Origin: an uncultured Chloroflexia bacterium
Lineage (GTDB): Bacteria; Chloroflexota; UBA6077; JACCZL01
NCBI GenBank assembly: GCA_963765765.1
Contig: CAVXYC010000015.1
Span: 416,001-480,000 of the forward strand
Length of the DNA stretch: 64,000 bases
Direction of reading: 5' to 3'
Below the pieces are notes generated by a model that saw only the letters and a program-made list of their open reading frames with translations, ran no database searches and was not told the origin of the DNA. Shown piece after piece: positions 29,256 through 38,710 of the stretch; within the stretch, counting starts at the first letter, position 1; each line of letters starts with the position of its first letter. The position numbers were made by a program, and so were the translations under genes.

Positions 29256-30320
29256 ATGAATCTTCCTATAGACCTCCGGTCCGATACGGTGACGTTGCCA
29301 ACCGATGCGATGCGCGATGCAATGCGAGACGCGCCGGTGGGTGACGACGTATTTGCAGAAGACCCTACTGTGAACCGCCTCCAGGAGCTTGCCGCGGAAA
29401 TGACCGGCAAGGAAGCCGCGCTTTTCGTGAGTAGCGGCACTCAAGGAAATCTCGTGTCGCTCATGAGCCATTGCCAGCGCGGCGACGAGGTCATCATGGA
29501 AGGCCAGTCGCATGTTTATTGGAGCGAGCAGGGCGGGATGGCTTCATTGCCGGGCTCCTGCCGCGGCTGGTAGAGAGCGAGCGAGGCTGTCCGACCCCGG
29601 AGGCACTTCAGGCGGCAATCCGGTCAGATGATCAGCACAATCCGCGCAGCGGTCTCATCTGCATAGAGAACACGCACAATCGGCACGGTGGAACGGTGAT
29701 TCGACCCGAGCAGATGGCCGCTGTCAAGGATGTCGCGAATGCCAACGGTATGCCGGTTCACCTGGATGGCGCACGCGTCTTCAATGCCGCCGTAGCGCTG
29801 GGCGTGGACGTGCGTGAGATCACCCAGCACGTTGACTCGCTCACGTTCTGTCTTTCCAAGGGGCTGTCTGCACCGGTTGGATCCATGGTCTGCGGATCGC
29901 GAGAGTTCATTGCAAAGGCGCATCGAGCACGTAAGGTGCTCGGTAGTGGAATGCGCCAGGCAGGGATCATTGCCGCGGCGGGCATCGTTGCACTGGAATC
30001 AATGGTGGATCGACTTGCCGACGACCACGCAAACGCGAGTCGCCTGGCCCTGGGTCTCCATGAGATTCCCGGCGTGAAGATTGATCTCGAACGCGTCCAG
30101 ACCAACATGGTCTATGTCGATTTTGAAGGCACCGGAGTCGCCGGAGGAGGCGCTCGAATCGGAGCTGCGTCAGCGCGGCATACTCTCGCGCCCGGCGTAT
30201 GACCGAGTTCGGCTCGTGTTGCACCACGGTATAGAGTCCGCCGACGTTGATTTCGTTACCGACTCGATACGAGACGTCATTCGCTCCCACAATGGGGCAG
30301 CTATTCCAACCACGGCTTGA
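29256..30320 (+). CDS. ltaE: Low-specificity L-threonine aldolase (frameshifts near 29541 and 30140)
   Basis: Motifs [65 protein letters not shown] across three frames. Confidence 0.9.
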
Positions 30321-30567
30321 CTCATATTGATCCATCTGGCAGAATCCCGCGATTGCTGATGAGTGCGTGACCGAGCACGCCTCCGCCACCAACCGCGGTG
30401 ATGTCCGCCAGCACGTGCGTCGATGTCGCGCAGCCGCTCACGGGTTCATATCCGTACTCTGGTCCTGTAGTGATCTGGCCAATCAGCAGTGGCACCAACT
30501 ACTTAAGAGAAATTGATTCGCCCACCCAGCCTGGTTATGGGGTCTCGGTGAGCGGAGGACAAACAGC

Positions 30568-31890
30568 ATGATGTTGCAGCAAGAGTCGCAAAAGGATGCG
30601 CTCGAGCGAAAGATCGCCGCTCGTCAGGCTCGAGTCGGCATCATGGGCCTCGGCTACGCCGGCCTTCCGATGGCGGTCGAGATCGCCAATGCAGGCTTCC
30701 ACGTGACGGGATTCGACGTCAGTGTGGATCGCGTCTCTGCAATTCAGCAGGGGGAGAGTCCGGTTTCCGACGTTCCTTCCGAGACGATCACGTGGCTTGT
30801 CGATGAAGATATGCTGTCGGCTACCACTGACTTCGACGCGTTGAAAGATGTCGATTGCGTCGTAATCTGCGTCCCGACGCCGCTTCAAAACGGGCGTGAC
30901 CCGGACCTGGGCTACGTCCGCCAGGCTGCTGCTGACATCCGCGATCGCCTTCATCCGGGCATGCTGATCGCGCTCCAGAGCACCTGTTCGCCAGGGACAA
31001 CCCGAAATGTCATACTGCCGATTCTCTCGGAAAGCGGACTCGACGTGGGTCGAGAGTTCTTCGTGGTATTTGCTCCGGAGCGCATCGATCCCGGCAATGT
31101 GAGATTCAACGTCAAAAACACGCCCAAGCTCATCGGCGGCATTACGCCTGATTGCACGGCGCTGGCCTCCAGACTGTATCGCTATATCGTGGACACCATC
31201 GAGCCGGTCTCGACCCCTGAGGTGGCCGAGCTGAGCAAGCTGGTTGAGAACACCTTCCGATTCATCAACATCAGCTTCGTCAACGAGCTGGCGCTGCTCT
31301 GTGACCGCATGGGCGTCAATGTCTGGGAAGTGGTAGACGCAGCCGCCACGAAACCATTTGCATTCATGAAGCACACGCCCGGTCCTGGCGTAGGTGGTCA
31401 CTGCATTCCTATCGTTCCGTTCTATCTCCAGTCAGTGGCGCGTGAGTTTGGCCTGGACGATGGGCTCATCAGAGTGGCTGGTGACATTAATGACCGCATG
31501 CCCGCGTTCGTGGTGGAGAAACTTGAGCGGCTTCTTGGCGAGCGCGGTGGACATCTCGAGCAGGCGAGGATCCTCTGCCTCGGAGTAACCTACAAGGCCG
31601 ACGTTGCTGATTTGCGAGAATCGGCCGCGTTGAACGTCATTGGCGAGCTTGCGGCACGTGCTGCTGACGTCGTGTATCACGATCCAATGATCGAGTCAGT
31701 AGCAGTTGCCGGCGCGAGGTACGAGTCGATCGATATTTCTCCGGAGATAGTGCGCTCGATGGATGCGGTGATTTTGCTTACCGCACACCGCGACGTCAAT
31801 TACGACATGATTCTGGCAAATGCGCCGCTCGTGCTTGACACTCAGAACAAACTCAAGAACAAGGCTGCTGCCAACGTGGTACCGCTGTAA
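30568..31890 (+). CDS. UDP-N-acetylhexosamine 6-dehydrogenase (WbpA/WbpO/TviB family)
   Basis: Motifs GLGYAGLP, ICVPTP, PERIDPG, KLVENTFR, GPGVGGHCIP, YKADVADLRES; GGAGG RBS upstream. Confidence 0.92.
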   Translation: MMLQQESQKDALERKIAARQARVGIMGLGYAGLPMAVEIANAGFHVTGFDVSVDRVSAIQQGESPVSDVPSETITWLVDEDMLSATTDFDALKDVDCVVICVPTPLQNGRDPDLGYVRQAAADIRDRLHPGMLIALQSTCSPGTTRNVILPILSESGLDVGREFFVVFAPERIDPGNVRFNVKNTPKLIGGITPDCTALASRLYRYIVDTIEPVSTPEVAELSKLVENTFRFINISFVNELALLCDRMGVNVWEVVDAAATKPFAFMKHTPGPGVGGHCIPIVPFYLQSVAREFGLDDGLIRVAGDINDRMPAFVVEKLERLLGERGGHLEQARILCLGVTYKADVADLRESAALNVIGELAARAADVVYHDPMIESVAVAGARYESIDISPEIVRSMDAVILLTAHRDVNYDMILANAPLVLDTQNKLKNKAAANVVPL

Positions 31891-31990
31891 CCTGCACAGA
31901 CGAGCGAGCCACGGCGGCACCCTGCGACTGACAGCACGACCAATTGGTTCAGCGCACTCGCTTCCAGAAGGATTCGCAGACGTAGCGCCG

Positions 31991-32812
31991 ATGAGATTTG
32001 CCATCAGGGACGACGACACTAGCTATTTCACTGGTCCCGATCAGCTCGAGCGGGTATACGGCGCCGTCTGGGACCAAGTTCCCGTTTCACTGGCGGTCGT
32101 ACCGTTCCACGCAAGCACAAAGTCAGGATCAGTTCCGGAGGAGTTCTGGAGCGGGGGTCGCGAATACGCTACTGCCGACAATGACACATTGGTTCGTTAT
32201 CTCCGGGATCAGATCCGCAAGAATCGAGTGTCCGTCCTACTCCATGGCTATAACCATAAAAACTACGACGACGGATTCGAATTCCAGGTCGGTGAGCATC
32301 TGTTCGATCGCATCGTGAAAGGCAAATTCGAGCTGGAGCGGCTTTTTGGTGTCACGGTGCAGACCTTTGTGCCGCCACACAACGCACTTTCACGTCGCGG
32401 CTTGGAGGCAGTGGATCGGAGTGGTCTCAACGTTCTGGGGTCGTTCCTATCGTTCTCGCCAAAGCAGCGGCCCTGGGACCGCACCACGCTGGGAAATTAC
32501 CTCAAGGTCTGGCGCTATCGGCGCAGGACGGGACGTGGACGACACGATCGAATGGTCTACCCCACTCCGCTACGCTACGCGAACCATTCGGAGCTCGGAT
32601 GTCACGGACTCATCCCGGGTACGTCGCTCGCTTCATTGACTCGCGGATTCGATGAAGCTCAGCAGGCGGGTGGTGATTTCTGCCTGGCCACGCACTACTG
32701 GGAGTTCGATAGCGCCATGACTGAGACGCTGCATGGACTTCTCGATCACGCTCGCAAGGCTGATGTGACGTTCGTTCACGCGGATGCGCTGTTTGACAGG
32801 ACACCAAACTGA
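31991..32812 (+). CDS. Polysaccharide deacetylase-like protein (DUF2334/NodB-like)
   Basis: Motifs FAIRDDD, LAVVP, LHGYNH, FVPPHN, ATHYWE; ATG at 31991. Confidence 0.8.
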   Translation: MRFAIRDDDTSYFTGPDQLERVYGAVWDQVPVSLAVVPFHASTKSGSVPEEFWSGGREYATADNDTLVRYLRDQIRKNRVSVLLHGYNHKNYDDGFEFQVGEHLFDRIVKGKFELERLFGVTVQTFVPPHNALSRRGLEAVDRSGLNVLGSFLSFSPKQRPWDRTTLGNYLKVWRYRRRTGRGRHDRMVYPTPLRYANHSELGCHGLIPGTSLASLTRGFDEAQQAGGDFCLATHYWEFDSAMTETLHGLLDHARKADVTFVHADALFDRTPN

Positions 32813-32843
32813 TGACTTGCGGAGGATTCCCCGTATCGGTCGC

Positions 32844-32888
32844 TAGAGCGGGCGTCGAGTGCCGCAGCGGGCAGCGACGCCCGCTCTA
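32844..32888. repeat. GTAG-type REP-like hairpin
   Basis: Perfect 14-bp arms TAGAGCGGGCGTCG / CGACGCCCGCTCTA followed by C; intergenic. Confidence 0.7.
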
Positions 32889-32900
32889 CCGGGAACATCC

Positions 32901-33644
32901 ATGAGCTTATTACGGACGCTGGCCATCATCCCCGCGCGCGGCGGGTCCAAGGGCGTTCCGCGGAAGAATCTCAAGCTGCTGGGAGGAAAACCGCTGATCC
33001 AGTGGAGTATCGACTCAGCCCGTGTATCTCATCTCCTCGATCGATTCATCGTTTCGACAGACGATGAGGAGATTGCTGAGGCGGCACGCGCGCTGGGCGC
33101 CAACGTCCCGTTCATCCGTCCGGCGGAGTATGCGCAAGACGCAACGCCGGACCTGCCGGTGTTTCAGCACGCGTTGCGCTGGTTCGACGAGCACGAGGGG
33201 TATAGGCCTGAGGCGGTGGTGCACTTGCGCCCGACATTGCCCTTGCGCCCGGACGGTTTGATCGATGCTGTCATTGAGCGGCTGTCATCAACCGGGGCTG
33301 ACTGCGTAAAATCGATCGTGCCTGTGGAACAGCACCCGCACAAAATGTGGCGACTGGAGGGGGAAAGCCTTCTCCCGTTTCAGGATACGCTGCTCTGGCG
33401 TCAGGTTGGTCCTGACTATCCTCGACAGAAGCTGGAGCCCGTGTACTGGTCAGCCGGATTGGTGGATGCAATCCGACGCGAGACCATTCTCGAGCGCGAA
33501 TCAACGGTAGGCGACCATGTCGTTGCGTTTCCCGTTGAACCAGACGTGCTCATTGATCTCGATACCGAGCGTGACTTCCTGATCGCTGAGGCGCTGCTCC
33601 AGATCGAACGCGATCGGCTGACAAATGAGGTGACTCGCTCATGA
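32901..33644 (+). CDS. neuA: Acylneuraminate cytidylyltransferase (CMP-nonulosonate synthetase)
   Basis: Motifs IIPARGGSKGVPRKN, VSTDD, RPAEYAQD, LRPTLP, IDLDTERD. Confidence 0.92.
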   Translation: MSLLRTLAIIPARGGSKGVPRKNLKLLGGKPLIQWSIDSARVSHLLDRFIVSTDDEEIAEAARALGANVPFIRPAEYAQDATPDLPVFQHALRWFDEHEGYRPEAVVHLRPTLPLRPDGLIDAVIERLSSTGADCVKSIVPVEQHPHKMWRLEGESLLPFQDTLLWRQVGPDYPRQKLEPVYWSAGLVDAIRRETILERESTVGDHVVAFPVEPDVLIDLDTERDFLIAEALLQIERDRLTNEVTRS

Positions 33645-34696
33645 GTGTGATCAATATTGGGAACCGCGCGATTGGCGAGGACGAGCCCTGTTTCATCATT
33701 GCCGAGGCCGGCGTAAATCACAACGGTTCTCTCGACTTGGCCAAGCGGCTGGTGGATATTGCTGTCGACGCCGGTGCTGACGCGGTGAAGTTCCAAAAGC
33801 GCACCGTGGGCGATATTCTGATCGCCGAGGCCCTGGAACGAGCCTACACGGTTCCGACGGCGCTCGGGCCCACCTATGGTGAGCATCGAGAGGCGCTGGA
33901 GCTTTCAGCTGAAGAGTACGGTGAGCTAGCCGACCATTGCCGAGATAAAAAGATCACGATGCTCGCCAGTGGCTGGGACAAGAAGAGCGTTGATTTCCTG
34001 GATCAGATCGGCATTCCGGCTTTTAAAGTTGCGTCGGCGGATCTTACCAACCTGCCGCTCCTAGAGCACACGGCTAAGAAGAACAAGCCGGTGATTCTCT
34101 CTACGGGGATGAGCGACCTGGACGAGATTGATATTGCTGTAGAAACGATTCGTCGCTTCAATGACCAATTGATATTGCTGCAGTGCACGTCGACGTATCC
34201 CGCCGATAACGAGAACATCCACCTCCGCGTCATGGATGCCTACCGCAAGCGCTATAGCGTGGTGGTGGGCTATTCGGGGCATGAGCGTGGGCTCGCTCCG
34301 ACGGAGGCGGCTGTGGCTCTGGGCGCTAACGTGATCGAACGACACTTCACGATCGATCGAACGATGGTGGGCCCGGATCACGCGGCGTCGCTGGAGCCGG
34401 ACGGACTGCGTCGACTCATCCGTAATTTGCGCAACATAGAGAAGGCGCTCGGATCGCCCGACAAGCACGTCCTGGACGGCGAATGGTCGGTCCGGGAGCG
34501 GCTTGCGAAGAGCGTAGTGGCAGCGGCGGACATTCCCGCCGGCACGCCGATCAGCGCGGAGATGCTCACCGTCAAGGGCCCAGGGACAGGGCTGAAACCG
34601 GTGTATCTGGAGAGCCTGGTGGGGCGGGTGGCCCAGCAGGCGGTGGGCATGGACACAATCGTACCGAAGGAGGCGCTGTCCTGGCCGACAGCGTAA
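33641..34696 (+). CDS. neuB: N-acetylneuraminate synthase family protein with C-terminal SAF/AFP domain (NANS-like)
   Basis: Motifs IIAEAGVNHNG, VKFQKR, LSTGM, CTSTYP, GYSGHE, IERHFT, GPDHAASLEP. Confidence 0.93.
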   Translation: MSVINIGNRAIGEDEPCFIIAEAGVNHNGSLDLAKRLVDIAVDAGADAVKFQKRTVGDILIAEALERAYTVPTALGPTYGEHREALELSAEEYGELADHCRDKKITMLASGWDKKSVDFLDQIGIPAFKVASADLTNLPLLEHTAKKNKPVILSTGMSDLDEIDIAVETIRRFNDQLILLQCTSTYPADNENIHLRVMDAYRKRYSVVVGYSGHERGLAPTEAAVALGANVIERHFTIDRTMVGPDHAASLEPDGLRRLIRNLRNIEKALGSPDKHVLDGEWSVRERLAKSVVAAADIPAGTPISAEMLTVKGPGTGLKPVYLESLVGRVAQQAVGMDTIVPKEALSWPTA

Positions 34697-35247
34697 CTGA
34701 GTCGATCTCGGAGTCTGAGCTTCCGGGAAAGGTCACGGCGAAGGGGGCTGGCACGGTTGTCGAGCGGCTCCGTGGCGTGAAGCTCCTGGCGATGGACGTG
34801 GATGGCGTGCTCACCGATGCCGGCATGTACTACGCCGAGAATGGTGACGAGCTGAAGAAGTTCAACACTCGCGATGGTCAGGGCATTGCACTGGCTCGCG
34901 AGCTTGGCATACGAACTGTGATCCTGACCGGGGAAAGCACGAAGCTAGTCACTCGTCGAGCCGAAAAGCTCCGCATCGATCACCTACGGCAGGGCGTGCG
35001 CGACAAGCGCGCGGCGTTGATGGAGATCCTGGAGACGGAAGATATACCGCCTGAGCAGGCCTGCTACGTGGGAGATGACTTGAACGATCTTGGGGTGCTC
35101 GAGATGGTCGGCCTGGCTATCGTCGTCAACGACGCGATGCGCCGCCCCCGCACACTCGCGCACTACGTGACCGCGGCGCGTGGCGGCGAAGGTGCAATTC
35201 GAGAGGTATGTGAAATGATTCTGGATGCGCAGCGAGGAGGGTGTTGA
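34681..35247 (+). CDS. HAD phosphatase of the KdsC/YrbI family (candidate nonulosonate-9-phosphate phosphatase)
   Basis: Motifs DVDGVLTD, KKFNTRDG, YVGDDLND, RGGEGAIRE. Start is either CTG 34681 (after AAGGAGG) or GTG 34777. Confidence 0.88.
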   Translation: MADSVTESISESELPGKVTAKGAGTVVERLRGVKLLAMDVDGVLTDAGMYYAENGDELKKFNTRDGQGIALARELGIRTVILTGESTKLVTRRAEKLRIDHLRQGVRDKRAALMEILETEDIPPEQACYVGDDLNDLGVLEMVGLAIVVNDAMRRPRTLAHYVTAARGGEGAIREVCEMILDAQRGGC

Positions 35248-36257
35248 TGGCACAGGAGTTCTGGCGCGGTCGATCGGTTCTGGTTACCGGGGCCAACGGC
35301 TTCATCGGAGCCTGGGTGATCCGCACCCTCGCCGAGCTCGGCGCGAACGTGACCGGCTATGACAAGTCGGAGATTGGCGCACTGTCACTCCATGATGGCG
35401 TGCGTAATCGAATCGAGCTTGTTCTTGGCGATCTCACGGACCAGGCGCTCCTGGAGCGAACACTCGTACACCGCGAAGTGAAGACCGTTATCCACCTCGG
35501 AGCGCAATCCAACATCAGCTTCGCCAAGGGTGGGCCCGTACCGGCATTCGAGTCGAACATTCGAGGAAGCTGGACGGTGCTCGAGGCGTGTCGCACCACG
35601 GAATCAACCGAGACCATTGCTATTGCCTCCAGCAACACCGTTTATGGCGATCACGATACCGCTCCGTTTGATGAGAGTTTCGCGCTCAACGCGAATAACC
35701 CCTACGCCTCATCCAAGGCGTGCACCGATATTCTGGCCCGCTGCTACGCCGCAACCTACAACCTGCCTGTGGCAATAGCTCGAGCGACCAACACGTATGG
35801 CGGCGCGGATCCGAACCTGACACGGATCGTGCCTGACACCCTATTGCGCATCATCCGGGGAGAGCGGCCTCAGATTCGAAGCGACGGCAGTCCGGCAAAG
35901 GGCTACCTGTACATCAAGGACACCGTGTCAGCCTATCTAACGCTGGGCGAGCGAGCGGCCGAAGAGGGGGTGCGCGGGAATGCGTTCAACTTCCATCCGG
36001 ATGAGCCAATTTCCGTGCTGAACCTGGTGAAGACCATGGTCAAGGTGGCTGGGCGACCGGACCTAGAGCCGACCGTTCTAGGCGCACCGGGCAAGTATGA
36101 GTACGAATTCCTGACCAATAAGCGCGCTGCGGATGTGTTGAGCTGGCGGCCCGCTTATAGCATGGAAGACGGACTTGCCGAGACGTATGAGTGGTACAAG
36201 GAGCACGAGGGGTCGGAGCTGGAACGGGCCGCGCGTGTCTTTAGCCGCCCCAACTAG
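35247..36257 (+). CDS. Extended SDR NAD-dependent epimerase/dehydratase (RfbG/GMD-like)
   Basis: Motifs FWRGRSVLVTGANGFIG, HLGAQ, YASSK, NTYGGAD, RSDGSP. Confidence 0.85.
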   Translation: MAQEFWRGRSVLVTGANGFIGAWVIRTLAELGANVTGYDKSEIGALSLHDGVRNRIELVLGDLTDQALLERTLVHREVKTVIHLGAQSNISFAKGGPVPAFESNIRGSWTVLEACRTTESTETIAIASSNTVYGDHDTAPFDESFALNANNPYASSKACTDILARCYAATYNLPVAIARATNTYGGADPNLTRIVPDTLLRIIRGERPQIRSDGSPAKGYLYIKDTVSAYLTLGERAAEEGVRGNAFNFHPDEPISVLNLVKTMVKVAGRPDLEPTVLGAPGKYEYEFLTNKRAADVLSWRPAYSMEDGLAETYEWYKEHEGSELERAARVFSRPN

Positions 36258-37734
36258 CTCGGCAGTAGCCGAGCGTCCTCAGACCGCAAGCGTGCCCCAA
36301 GTACGCCACCGCGGACGAACCATCTTCGTTTGCATTCCCAGCGGCACGCCTGCCGCGAATATTTTGCGCACCGGCGTGTTCTCGGCGATCCGAGACGATG
36401 ATTCGGTCGGGACCTTGGTGATCCTTTCGCCGTTGGTGAGTGAGCCGCACTTTGTGCAGGAGCACGCGGGTCCGAAAGTGCGCTTTGCTCCGCTGATCCC
36501 GCATGAGCCGGGGTGGCTTGAGCGACGGTTCATCCGCGTTATGCAGGAGCGCTTCGTCAAGACCATGCCGACCTCCAGCATGCGCATCCGCGTGGCCAAA
36601 GCCGCGCGTGCCGAGGGCGAGGTGCGCTACCTCGACCGAACCCCGCTTTCAATGAAGTCCCGCGGGGCCAAGCGGCTGGCCGTGGGGGCGTTGAAAACTC
36701 TGCCGTTTCCAATCGATTTCTGGTTTCGAGCGAGCGATTTCTGCACGCTCGGCTCACGCTACGCCGACGTCTTCAGTGAGTACTGCCCAGCATTAGTGGT
36801 GACTCCAACAACTGGGCTGTACTTCGGTGAAGGACCGCTCATGGCGCGCGCCGACCGAGTTGGCGTTCCGTCCGTTGCTATCGATCTAAGCTGGGACCAT
36901 TTCACAACCAAGACTGCTCCACTTCGAAGAGTACTGGGACTGGCTGTATGGAACGAGCTCATGAAGCGCGAAGCCACACAGCTCCATGGCTACCGGGATG
37001 ACCAGGTCGTGGTTGCTGGCGTGCCGCAGTTTGACATCTACGCGGACAAGCAGCGATTGGGTACACGGGACACCTTCTTCAAGCGCGTAGGGGCCGATCC
37101 GAACCGAAAGCTGTTGACATTGACGACCATCCCACCGGTCCTTTTCCGCAATCACCCGGACGTCATCGATACGCTCGTTCGAGCGATCGATTCCGACGCT
37201 TTCGGTGCGCCGGCTCAACTCCTCGTTCGCGTTCATCCACGTGATGACATAACGCAGTATGAGCGCTTCATGAGTCATCCTCACGTGGTGATCGAGAAGC
37301 CGTTCCGCGAGACGATCGTGGCGGAAGGTAGCAACGTGGACCCCTCGCTGTCCGACCGGCTCCATCTTGGCGCCACGCTATACCACAGCGACGTCATAGT
37401 CAATGTTGCATCCACGATCGCGATTGAGGCGGCGGTCATGGATACGCCCATCGTGAATCTCGCTTATGACGGATCAGATCGCCGCGAATATCTCGAGTCG
37501 ACGCGTCGCTACTATGACTACACTCACTTTCGCCCGCTGGTAGAGTCTGGCGCAACGCGCCTGGCTCGCTCCCCCGACGATCTTGTGCGGGAAGTCAGCC
37601 AGTATCTCGATGATCCGTCTCGCGACCGCGGCGGTCGTAAGCGCGCCGTGGAGCAGCTTTGCTACCGCGTGGACGGTAAATCAAGCGAGCGTGTCGCGGA
37701 TTTCGTGCTGCGTACGCTAGCGACGGTGGCCTAA
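36235..37734 (+). CDS. GT-B protein of the TagF/CDP-glycerol transferase-like group (candidate nonulosonate transferase)
   Basis: Motifs SWDHFTTK, VWNE, GVPQFD, VRVHPR, ASTIAIEA, DGKSSERV; start uncertain. Confidence 0.65.
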   Translation: MSLAAPTSSAVAERPQTASVPQVRHRGRTIFVCIPSGTPAANILRTGVFSAIRDDDSVGTLVILSPLVSEPHFVQEHAGPKVRFAPLIPHEPGWLERRFIRVMQERFVKTMPTSSMRIRVAKAARAEGEVRYLDRTPLSMKSRGAKRLAVGALKTLPFPIDFWFRASDFCTLGSRYADVFSEYCPALVVTPTTGLYFGEGPLMARADRVGVPSVAIDLSWDHFTTKTAPLRRVLGLAVWNELMKREATQLHGYRDDQVVVAGVPQFDIYADKQRLGTRDTFFKRVGADPNRKLLTLTTIPPVLFRNHPDVIDTLVRAIDSDAFGAPAQLLVRVHPRDDITQYERFMSHPHVVIEKPFRETIVAEGSNVDPSLSDRLHLGATLYHSDVIVNVASTIAIEAAVMDTPIVNLAYDGSDRREYLESTRRYYDYTHFRPLVESGATRLARSPDDLVREVSQYLDDPSRDRGGRKRAVEQLCYRVDGKSSERVADFVLRTLATVA

Positions 37735-38560
37735 TGGCGTCGAACGATATCGTTGTCATCGATAGCAAACAGCGCTTTGCGCCGTTTGCTATCTTCCAGG
37801 TAGCCCGCTACAGCGAGCTCATCGCTGCGCTGACACAGCGCGAGGTCAAGGCGCGCTACCGCCAGACACTCCTTGGTTTCTCCTGGGCTATCGCTCAGCC
37901 GCTGGCATTCATGATTGTGTTCAATCTGGTGTTCTCACGCTTTGCGAAAGTGCCATCGGACGGAATTCCGTACCCGGTGTTCTCATACGCCGCCCTGGTG
38001 CCCTGGACGTTCCTCACCAACGCCCTCAATTCGGCCACGATCAGCCTCGTGAGCCAGCGCAGCATTGTGACGAAAACATACTTCCCGCGCGAAGTGATCG
38101 TGGTATCTCAGATCACCGCGCGGTTCATCGATTTCCTGGCCTCTGCCGTCATTTTCCCGGCTTGATGATCTGGTATCAGATCATGCCGACTGCCTGGATC
38201 CTATTTGTTCCAGTGCTCCTGATTATTCAGATCATTCTTATGCTCGCGGCGTCGCTCATCACTTCGGCGCTTCACGTTTCCTACCGAGACCTGGCGCCGG
38301 TTGTGACGCTTGGGCTTCAGGTGTGGCTGTATCTAACACCGGTTTCGTATCCGCTATCGATCGTCCCAGCGGAGCTTAGACCGTGGTACCTCTTGAATCC
38401 GATGGCCGGATTGATCGAGTCGTACCGTGATGTCGTGATCCACGGACGTGCTCCGCAAATGGACGCGCTGGGCGCATCGATCATCATTTCGCTCCTGCTT
38501 TTCGCCGTCGCGTACCCATTTTTCAAGCGCGCCGAGCGAGCGTTCGCGGACGTGATTTGA
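37734..38560 (+). CDS. wzm: ABC-2 polysaccharide export permease (frameshift near 38156)
   Basis: Motifs REVKARYRQTLLGFSW, TKTYFPRE; second frame YRDL, YLTPVSYP, LNPM, ERAFADVI. Confidence 0.9.
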
Positions 38561-38585
38561 TGCTCCCGAACGGACCTGCTGACGT

Positions 38586-38687
38586 TTTGGATTGCGGCGA
38601 TTATCGCCGCTCTCTTGCGAGGCTGAAAGTCGTCATCCATGTCGCTCCGCTCGGTGGGAAAGCGACGAAGACCGCCGCAGTCCAAAG
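38586..38687. repeat. REPIN/MITE-like element, family 3 (second copy)
   Basis: TTTGGATTGCGGCG...CCGCCGCAGTCCAAAG; aligns with 27393..27495; sits between wzm and wzt. Confidence 0.85.
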
Positions 38688-38710
38688 ATGCTCTGGGTGT
38701 GCGCGCTAGC

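Noticed and set aside
30535-31401. 288-aa antisense ORF
   Set aside because: Antisense shadow of the nucleotide-sugar dehydrogenase.
34681-35247. kdsC as evidence for Kdo/LPS synthesis
   Set aside because: No KdsA, KdsB, KdsD or lipid A genes are present; coupling to neuB favours a nonulosonate-9-phosphate phosphatase.
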